A DNA stretch of 64,000 nt, from the NCBI GenBank assembly GCA_964486045.1, contig CAZALK010000001.1, positions 904,242 to 968,241 on the forward strand. The letters are read 5' to 3'. This stretch comes from an uncultured archaeon (GTDB lineage Archaea; Asgardarchaeota; Lokiarchaeia; Sigyniarchaeales; SOKP01). A model generated the notes under the pieces. It saw nothing but the letters and a program-made list of their open reading frames with translations. It did no database searches and had not been told where the DNA came from. Each line of letters begins with the position of its first letter. Position 1 is the first letter of the stretch. A program made the translations under genes and the position numbers. This document shows positions 40,441 through 48,042 of this stretch, one piece after another.

Positions 40441-41982
40441 TCACTTAAGATAAGACTGTTGTCTTAACCATTTTATTGGATTAATATAAAAATCTCGTAT
40501 ATCCTCTCGTCCATAATAAGGCATCGCAATTCTTTCAAGCCCTTGTCCCCAAGCTAAAACCCGAGTTGGTTCTTTTATTCCCCAAGGGTATGTAACTTCT
40601 GGTCTAAATATCCCAGATCCTCCCATTTCCAACCATTCTCCTAATTTGTCATAGTAAACTGAAACTTCCATAGAAGGTTCTGTATAAGGAAAAAATCCTG
40701 GTCTAGTGACTATTTTCTTAAATCCCATTTTTCTATAAAATTCAGATAATAAGCCGATTAAATCACATAACGTAACATTATCATCAATAACAATTCCTTC
40801 TATTTGGGTAAATTCTGCTAAATGAGATTTGTCAACACTTTCATTTCGAAAGACTCTATCAATACAAAAAACCTTTACAGGGACTTTATCATTTTCGTTG
40901 TAAAATTGAGCTAATCTACGCATAGTTGTTGCGGTTGTATGAGTCCTCAAAACTGTCTTTTTAGCATTGTTAACATCCCATTTATACCCCCATCCTAAAG
41001 AACCTGAATCCCCTCCATTCTCATGAATTTCTTGTACAGCTAATACTCTTTCTTTATCTGGCAATCTTGCTGTTTTTGGATTATTAAGATAAAATGTATC
41101 TTGCATATCTCGAGCAGGATGATCCTGAGGCTGAAATAACGCATCGAAATTATAAAATGCACTTTCAATAATTGGTCCTCTTATTTCTATAAAACCCATT
41201 GATAAAAAAATCTCCCTTATTTCATTGATTAAACTTATTAATGGATGAATTTTTCCTGCCTTTAATAATGGGCCTGGTTTGGTGACATCAAATGGTTTTA
41301 AGTCAGATTTTCGCCAGCTTCCTGAACTTAGCATTTCAGGTGTAATTTTACTAACTTGCTTTAACTCCTCAATTTCCGAAATTGAGATTTTTTTCCCTTT
41401 CCCTGTTAAAAATATAGTTCTTTGTGTTTCCCGCGTTTTCTTTATTAATTTTCTTTTATTTAAACTATCGAGTAATTTTAAATTATCGTTAGATAATGAA
41501 GAATGATCTATGACTTTTTTTACTTTAAATTTTGTCAGAAAAGATTCGAGTTTAGTTTGAGGAAAATCTTCTACAATAAGATATATTTTGTCTTCTCCTG
41601 TAGCTTTACTTTGCGCAATCCACCTGTTTTTCTTTAAATTTGAAATCCCAATATAAAAAATTGATTGTTCGAATTTTGAATGTTTTAATAATTCCTCTAT
41701 GGTAAATTCTTTTACCTTGTCTTTCAAAAACAAATTTAATAGTTGTCTTTCAGGTAATCCATTTTCCAAATACTCATAACCCTCATCATTTAAGGAAATT
41801 TGATTAATCTCCACTTCTTCAAATCCTCCTAATTTATTAGCGATCAATTCATTTACGGCAGACATAAGTACTATGTAATCTAATTCCATTTCTTTTGCTA
41901 AATTAGTAGTTATTACATTAGATTGCTTATTTTTTATCACATCTAGAATTTCAATTGTTTGTTTTCTAAGTTTGATTGTCAT
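40441..41982 (-). CDS. pheS: phenylalanine--tRNA ligase alpha subunit (long archaeal/eukaryotic type)
   Basis: NFDALFQPQDHPARDMQDTF, LRTHTT, FRNE, FPYTEPS, GLERIAM. Confidence 0.95.
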   Translation of the reverse strand: MTIKLRKQTIEILDVIKNKQSNVITTNLAKEMELDYIVLMSAVNELIANKLGGFEEVEINQISLNDEGYEYLENGLPERQLLNLFLKDKVKEFTIEELLKHSKFEQSIFYIGISNLKKNRWIAQSKATGEDKIYLIVEDFPQTKLESFLTKFKVKKVIDHSSLSNDNLKLLDSLNKRKLIKKTRETQRTIFLTGKGKKISISEIEELKQVSKITPEMLSSGSWRKSDLKPFDVTKPGPLLKAGKIHPLISLINEIREIFLSMGFIEIRGPIIESAFYNFDALFQPQDHPARDMQDTFYLNNPKTARLPDKERVLAVQEIHENGGDSGSLGWGYKWDVNNAKKTVLRTHTTATTMRRLAQFYNENDKVPVKVFCIDRVFRNESVDKSHLAEFTQIEGIVIDDNVTLCDLIGLLSEFYRKMGFKKIVTRPGFFPYTEPSMEVSVYYDKLGEWLEMGGSGIFRPEVTYPWGIKEPTRVLAWGQGLERIAMPYYGREDIRDFYINPIKWLRQQSYLK

Positions 41983-42036
41983 AAACCACAACTTTCATTT
42001 TTTATTCTTTCGTTAATATTTTTAAAATCTTAAGTG

Positions 42037-42051
42037 TATTTAAATCTTTCG
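42037..42051 (-). promoter_or_regulatory. BRE/TATA promoter of pheS-pheT-pheA
   Basis: Minus strand CGAAAGATTTAAATA about 55 nt upstream of the pheS ATG. Confidence 0.55.
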
Positions 42052-42654
42052 TGAATTAAATCGTTTGAATTTGCTCGATCTTGAAATAGCATAATCTTTT
42101 AATGATTAAAGTCTTAAAATATCAGTTTTAAAATATAGTAGAGATACATATTCCGTAGCCAAGAGATCTATTCTACTGTTTAGATTATTAATCCCTTGGC
42201 AAGTTAAAGAATTTAATGAAAAATGAAACTGGGTTATGGATAACTAATGCACTTGAAACATAAACCTGTTTAGTCATATTGATCTATACACAAGTATTCA
42301 TTCATAATTAATTTATATATTTTTACTCTTAAAAAATTTTCTTACCCATATTGGTTAGAAATGGTATAATTTTAAACAATACTATTCATTTTATTAATAA
42401 TTTATTAATAATATCGAATTTAGAGCACTTAATTTAGTCCCGAGATTCTATTAATAATCTTTAAATAAAATAATTCAAATTTTTAAAGTAATCAATAAGA
42501 TAAAAACATCTAATATTTGAATTTAAATGAATAAATCTAAACTAATAGCTTTGGTTTTATGAATAAATTAAATACTATTTAGTGATTTTAACAATTAAAA
42601 GATATTTTTCTATCTTATCAAACAAGACGTTTCAAAATAGAATCAATTATTATA

Positions 42655-43350
42655 ATGTCAAAAATCAAATCTTCTCCCTTTGCAAACAAATTTACAAATT
42701 TTTTTCGCAAGAATCTAATAAGAGAATTTAGATTTATGATTATTTCTAAATTCTTAGCAAAAAAAAAAAATAAAATTCTTGACATCGGCTGCGGAAACTT
42801 TTCTGTTCAACGTACTAAACTAAATTTTCCAAATTGCCATTATTACGGATTAGATTTGTCTCGAAGATTTTACACTTTAGAAGAGTTATCATTAATGGAT
42901 GAATTTTACGAGTTAAATCTTAATTCAGGAAATTTCTCTGAAATTCCAAACGATTTCTTCGATTTATTAATACTATCACATGTAATCGAACACTTACCAC
43001 ATGGAGAAAAAAGATTGATACAATTAATACCGAAATTAAAGAAAAATGGGTTAATATACATAGAATATCCTTCAATCAGAAGCACTAAACTTCCACATAG
43101 GAAAGGAACTTTAAATTTTTACGACGACTCTAGTCATGTAAGTTTATTTTGCAATGATACATTACTATATATTTTAAAAAGAAAAGATTTTAAAGTATTA
43201 AAGCAAGGTATCCGTCGAGATTTCAGAAAAATTATTTTTCTCCCAATAATAATCGCTTATGATTTATTCAGATATCAACGAGTAAAAACGGGTCATTTAT
43301 GGGATCTTTTTGGATTTGCCGATTATATCATAGCGTTAAAGAATGTTTAG
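42655..43350 (+). CDS. class I SAM-dependent methyltransferase
   Basis: ILDIGCG, LSHVIEHL, NFYDDSSHV. Confidence 0.85.
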   Translation: MSKIKSSPFANKFTNFFRKNLIREFRFMIISKFLAKKKNKILDIGCGNFSVQRTKLNFPNCHYYGLDLSRRFYTLEELSLMDEFYELNLNSGNFSEIPNDFFDLLILSHVIEHLPHGEKRLIQLIPKLKKNGLIYIEYPSIRSTKLPHRKGTLNFYDDSSHVSLFCNDTLLYILKRKDFKVLKQGIRRDFRKIIFLPIIIAYDLFRYQRVKTGHLWDLFGFADYIIALKNV

Positions 43351-43407
43351 AATTCTGATAATATTAAAAATTTAAAATTAATACTAAATTTAAATTTGTT
43401 TTTTCTC

Positions 43408-43760
43408 ATTAGATTTTATGCAAATGACACTGTAAGCTGTGAAATTTTTATAGATATAATGTCTATAATGAGCTTCCCCCTCCAATTACAGAACCAAGAG
43501 CACATTTTCTGTTAATCTTCATTTTGATTGGAACATTTTCATTGTTAGGAATAGTTGTTTTTAGCATTGTATATAAAAAAGTTTATAGATCCTCAAAAAA
43601 ACCTAAGCGCCGAAAGGTTAAGCTAAAAAAAGTAAAATCAAGAAAAGAGATCCCCAAATGTGTCGAAAATCTTTGCCCATTTTGTAATACTGCTATTATT
43701 AATGAGCAGAAGTTTTGTACTTATTGTGGTAGTAAGCTTAAAGAAGCGGAAAATAATTAA
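43408..43760 (+). pseudogene. 5'-truncated remnant of a single-pass surface protein with C-terminal double zinc ribbon
   Basis: IRFYANDT (43408-43431), frameshift, Pro-rich ELPPPITEP, TM helix, basic stop-transfer segment, CPFC...CTYC. Confidence 0.55.
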
Positions 43761-43773
43761 AAATTTCTTTTTT

Positions 43774-44217
43774 TTATAATTTCTCTCTTATAGATGTGGA
43801 GCTTATTTTTTGGTTATTTTTGTCTTTGAAAATTGGAATTACAATGAGGATAAGAGGCTGTAAACCTATTTTTTCTCTTTTATCATTCAATTTTACCGCG
43901 TTTTCATAAGTTTCTTGACTTACAACTAATCCTTCATATTCAGGATCTTGAGCGTATCTACTCATATCATCCCAATTCTTTATTTCAACTATATTAATTC
44001 TTTCTAAATTAGCAAAAGAGTTTATAAATTCTTTCAGTTTGTCTTGTCTTGTTTTATAATCCTCTAAATTTGAATAATATTTCTTTTTTTCTAAGAGTTT
44101 CTGACTTGTTAATCCAATTTCAACATTCTCAGAAATAGATAAGGCAGTTTTTAATAAAAATTTATGTCCTTCATGAAGATGATCGAAAGTTCCGCCCATT
44201 CCAACTTTCTTTAGAAT
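43774..44217 (-). CDS. coaD: archaeal phosphopantetheine adenylyltransferase
   Basis: KKVGMGGTFDHLHEGH, VVSQET, KISSTSIR; first beta strand lies upstream of ATG 44199. Confidence 0.88.
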   Translation of the reverse strand: MLKKVGMGGTFDHLHEGHKFLLKTALSISENVEIGLTSQKLLEKKKYYSNLEDYKTRQDKLKEFINSFANLERINIVEIKNWDDMSRYAQDPEYEGLVVSQETYENAVKLNDKREKIGLQPLILIVIPIFKDKNNQKISSTSIREKL

Positions 44218-44247
44218 CTAGAATACACCTTTACATTTGAAAAACTT

Positions 44248-44685
44248 TTATAATTTTTCCTTAATCTTTACTTGCTTTTTCTTATCTTCATCTTTTTTAT
44301 TGGGTTCAGTTGGCTTTTTCAATTTTACAGAATAAATTTGGTTAATCTCCATTGATTCAGCACATTCGCTACATTTACCTATTTTTCTATAGATAAAATC
44401 ACCCTTCTCGTAATTCCTAACCTTTGTAAGTCCACATAAACTACATAAAAGAATCGTCAATGTTTGCCTTATCGGTTCTACTGGGCTTTTTTGCCATTGG
44501 ATCAATGTAGCTCCAACACAAATCATCATAAAACCAATAGACCAACTTGTTATTTGGTCACCAATCCCGGAATAAATAAATACTGCTCCTAAAATGATAA
44601 AAATTATAGAAATTAGATTTTTTAGAACATTTTTAAGCGTAATTCCTTTTTTTAGGATATCCTCATCGTCTTCTTCTTCAATCAT
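44248..44685 (-). CDS. two-TM membrane protein with CxxC...CxxC zinc ribbon
   Basis: Two hydrophobic helices, CSLC and CSEC, GDFIY. Confidence 0.7.
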   Translation of the reverse strand: MIEEEDDEDILKKGITLKNVLKNLISIIFIILGAVFIYSGIGDQITSWSIGFMMICVGATLIQWQKSPVEPIRQTLTILLCSLCGLTKVRNYEKGDFIYRKIGKCSECAESMEINQIYSVKLKKPTEPNKKDEDKKKQVKIKEKL

Positions 44686-44803
44686 AGAAAATGTCCAAAT
44701 TTCTTGTTATCAATGCTTTATAATAGAAAAGAATAAATAAATTTTCTTATTATAAAAACTAAATAGATTTAAATTATCAAAGAGACTTTAATTTTAAAAA
44801 ATA

Positions 44804-45946
44804 ATGTTTAATATTGCTCAATTAGGTGGACAAAGTACCGATCCTATATCTCTAATTCTAAATTTGTTATTCTTTGTATTGATTTTTGTCTCAATGTTTT
44901 ATGGACAAAAGCTCCAAGGGTGGAAAGCATCTAAAGAAATACAAGCGGGCTTAGATAAGCTAAAGAAATGGAATGATGAATGTAAAGAAATTCTGGTTAG
45001 CAATTTTAAAGAATTTGCTGATAAAAAGAAAACTCAAAAAGATTTGATGCTTCAACTTGAGGATTTCATTACATTTATAACCATACCTCCAGTTTCACTT
45101 GATCCTTATGGCATTATCCCTAAATTTGACCATGTAGTTGATGTAAGAGATTTTCGATTTAAGGAAGAAGTTGAATTACTAGCACCACTTGCAGATACTG
45201 TTCAAAGATATAATTTAGAGAATCTTGTAGAAGCTACAATGGCAATAGATTCTATATATAGGCTTATTAGACATTTTCTCATATTAGGCAAGAAATCAAA
45301 ATCAATGATTCTCCTACTTCAAATCTCAATGCAATTGGGTTTAATCTTAAGCATGGCTAAAGCCTACTACTATGCGGCAAAGTCTTTTGCGGAAGGTAGC
45401 CCAATAGGAGATGGTCTTGGACCTTTAGTCGTGGCAAGTTTTTTAAGAGATATTTCGAACGGAGAAGTGGAGGCGAAAGAAATTGAAAGAGATACTATTG
45501 TACAAGAGGTAGAATTTGAAGATAGGGACATTTATATCGTGAGAGCAAAAGGTCCAGGGGGTTCTGTGGGAAAGCCGGGAAAAGCGATAAAGACGCTAGT
45601 TGATAAGCATGGTAATGATATTTCACGCATAATTATGATTGACGCTGGTTTGAAATTAACGGGAGATAAAACTGGATCAATGGCTATAGGTGTAGGAGCT
45701 GCTATAGGAGGTCTCGGAATTGAAAAATATTTTATTGAAGAATCTTCAACTGAAAAAGCGATACCCATTGATGCATTAATTTGTAAGCAATCTTTAGAGG
45801 ATGCGATTACAACAATGAAGAGACCAATAACAAAATCGGTCGCGAAATTTGTTGATAAGATAAAGATGACAATTCGAAAACGCACTGAAAAAGGTACTAA
45901 AGTAATTATAGCTGGAATCGGAAACACAATTGGAATCGGTGTATAA
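44804..45946 (+). CDS. DUF1512-family archaeal membrane protein
   Basis: N-terminal TM, PVSLDPYGI, PIGDGLGPLV, KGPGGSVGKPG, IMIDAGLK, GIGNTIGIG. Confidence 0.8.
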   Translation: MFNIAQLGGQSTDPISLILNLLFFVLIFVSMFYGQKLQGWKASKEIQAGLDKLKKWNDECKEILVSNFKEFADKKKTQKDLMLQLEDFITFITIPPVSLDPYGIIPKFDHVVDVRDFRFKEEVELLAPLADTVQRYNLENLVEATMAIDSIYRLIRHFLILGKKSKSMILLLQISMQLGLILSMAKAYYYAAKSFAEGSPIGDGLGPLVVASFLRDISNGEVEAKEIERDTIVQEVEFEDRDIYIVRAKGPGGSVGKPGKAIKTLVDKHGNDISRIIMIDAGLKLTGDKTGSMAIGVGAAIGGLGIEKYFIEESSTEKAIPIDALICKQSLEDAITTMKRPITKSVAKFVDKIKMTIRKRTEKGTKVIIAGIGNTIGIGV

Positions 45947-45952
45947 TGTAAC

Positions 45953-45966
45953 TTTTTTTTTTTTTT
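45953..45966 (+). terminator. oligo(T) archaeal terminator
   Basis: T14 run beginning 7 nt after the DUF1512 stop codon. Confidence 0.6.
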
Positions 45967-46137
45967 ATTTCTGTTTTTTGCTTTATGTTTCTAATTTTGC
46001 TAGTATAAGGGGAGTTTTATCTTTTATAGGAAAAAAATAGAAATTGTTTTATAATTAAGGTAATAAGATCAATTAACTAAAATCATAAAACTACAATAAA
46101 ATAGTTTGATTAAATTCATAATTGAGGTGTAAAGATT

Positions 46138-48012
46138 ATTTACGGTTATATGGGAAAAATTCTGAGAGTTAATTTAACTAATGGAGAAATTAGTGAAGAG
46201 TTTCCAGATGAAGAAACAATTAAAATGTATTTAGGTGGAGCGGGACTCGCAACTAAATATTTGATCGATGAGGTACCTAGGGGGACTGATCCATTAAGTC
46301 CAGAAAACTTATTAATTTTTATGACGGGACCATTAACGGGAACACCTTCTCCAAGTACAGGAAGGTATAGCGTTGTTGCAAAATCTCCTCTAACTGGCTT
46401 TTGGGGAGAAGCGAATTCTGCTGGTTTTTGGGGTCGGGATCTTAAGAGATCTGGATTCGATGGGGTAATTTTTGAAGGTAAATCATCAAAACCGCTGTAT
46501 CTGATTACAGAGGATGGTAAAGCCGAACTTAAAGATGCAGGACATTTATGGGGAAAAAATACATCAGAAACTACAAAATTGATTAGAGAAGAATTAGGTG
46601 ATAATTTTAATGTAGCATGCATCGGAATTGGGGGAGAAAATCTGGTTAAATACGCAGCTATAATGAATGATTGTGATAAACCTAACTATGGTCGAGCAGC
46701 TGGAAGATGTGGGATGGGAGCTGTAATGGGTTCAAAAAATTTAAAGGCAATAGCTTCAAGGGGGAAATTAAAAATTAAAATAGCGAATCCAGAAGAATAT
46801 AAAGCAGAAGCTCGGCAGAGGTATGACTGGGTTAATCAAAGTTTGTTGAAAATGACACTGGAAGTATTTGGAACCGCAGCCATTCTTGATTTAGTTAACG
46901 CAAAGGGTGGCCTTCCAACAAAAAATTGGCAAACCGGTGTATTTAAAGATGCAGATATGATAAATGGAACAGCAATTAACGAAACAATTCTAACTGGAAG
47001 GAAACCTTGTTTTGCATGCCCTGTTGCTTGTGGGAGACTTTCTGAAATTAAAGAAGGAAAGTATAAAAGTGCTGGTGAAGGACCAGAATATGAATCAGTC
47101 GTGTCATTTGGTACTATGTGCGGAATCAATGATTTAGGAGCAATAACCTTAGCCCATTTTCTATGTAATGAGTATGGTCTTGACACTATATCTGCAGGAA
47201 GCACTATAGCATTTGCAATGGAATGTTATGAGAAAGAGATATTAAGCAAGGAGGATGCAGAGGGTATAGATTTTAGTTTTGGTAATTCAGATTCTATTAT
47301 AGAACTCGTTCCAAAAATTGCTAAACGAGAAGGTATTGGAGATCTTTTGGCTGAAGGATCCAAAAGGATGGCTGAAAAACTAGGAAAGAATTCGATAAGA
47401 TTTGCGATGCAAGTAAAAGGCTTGGAACTTCCTGCATATGATAGTAGAGCCGCCAAAATAACTGGGTTATCTTTTGCTGTTGCCAATCGTGGAGGGGATC
47501 ATATGACGGCGTTTATTGAAGGTCCTACTTTCATGTCGATGCCCTTTATGATAGTTGAAGATGCAGAAGTAGGGGATATACTTAAAGAAAATGTTGAAGA
47601 TACAGAGGTTGTAAAAAATTTTGAGGATGCATTTGGAATTTTTGATGCAATCGGTGGGTGCAAATTTATGGGAATGGTTTTAACTTCAGAGGATTGGGCC
47701 TCCTTAATGTCAAAACTCTTAGGATATGACTATACTGTAGCAGATTTTAAAAAAACAGGTGAGAGAATTTACAATCTTGCAAGAATTTATAATATTAGAG
47801 AAGGCTTAACTAGAGCTGATGATACTCTTCCAGCAAGATTGTTGGAAGACCCATTACCTGAAGGGCCTGCAAAAGGAGAAGTAGTAAATCTGGAGCCACT
47901 GTTAGACGCATATTATGACTACAGAGGTTGGGATAGAGATGGGATCCCTACTCAGGACAAACTCAGAGAATTAGGGTTGGAATGGGCAATTGATGTAATA
48001 AAGAAAAAGTAA
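46138..48012 (+). CDS. aor: tungsten-containing aldehyde:ferredoxin oxidoreductase
   Basis: KSPLTG, AAGRCGMGAVMGSKNLKAI, CFACPVAC, GPEYE, GLDTIS, VKGLELPAYD; consensus N-terminus (M)YGYMGKILRVNL begins at ATT 46138. Confidence 0.93.
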   Translation: MYGYMGKILRVNLTNGEISEEFPDEETIKMYLGGAGLATKYLIDEVPRGTDPLSPENLLIFMTGPLTGTPSPSTGRYSVVAKSPLTGFWGEANSAGFWGRDLKRSGFDGVIFEGKSSKPLYLITEDGKAELKDAGHLWGKNTSETTKLIREELGDNFNVACIGIGGENLVKYAAIMNDCDKPNYGRAAGRCGMGAVMGSKNLKAIASRGKLKIKIANPEEYKAEARQRYDWVNQSLLKMTLEVFGTAAILDLVNAKGGLPTKNWQTGVFKDADMINGTAINETILTGRKPCFACPVACGRLSEIKEGKYKSAGEGPEYESVVSFGTMCGINDLGAITLAHFLCNEYGLDTISAGSTIAFAMECYEKEILSKEDAEGIDFSFGNSDSIIELVPKIAKREGIGDLLAEGSKRMAEKLGKNSIRFAMQVKGLELPAYDSRAAKITGLSFAVANRGGDHMTAFIEGPTFMSMPFMIVEDAEVGDILKENVEDTEVVKNFEDAFGIFDAIGGCKFMGMVLTSEDWASLMSKLLGYDYTVADFKKTGERIYNLARIYNIREGLTRADDTLPARLLEDPLPEGPAKGEVVNLEPLLDAYYDYRGWDRDGIPTQDKLRELGLEWAIDVIKKK

Positions 48013-48042
48013 AATCTAAGTTTATGTGAAGAGGTGATTTGA

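Noticed and set aside
27197-42257. Shared 11-mer ATGCACTTGAA in two intergenic regions
   Set aside because: A match of this length is expected by chance in this much AT-rich sequence
42052-42300. Phe attenuator or T-box leader for pheS
   Set aside because: The predicted promoter lies downstream of the stems; no Phe-rich leader or T-box consensus seen
4056-42605. Similar upstream motif TGATTT(T)AACAATTAAAA before 4111 and 42655
   Set aside because: Almost all A/T and only two copies; insufficient for a regulatory call
43348-43440. TAG read-through (pyrrolysine) fusing the methyltransferase to the IRFYANDT frame
   Set aside because: Frame agreement has 1/3 chance, the linker is low-complexity AT sequence and no pyl genes are present
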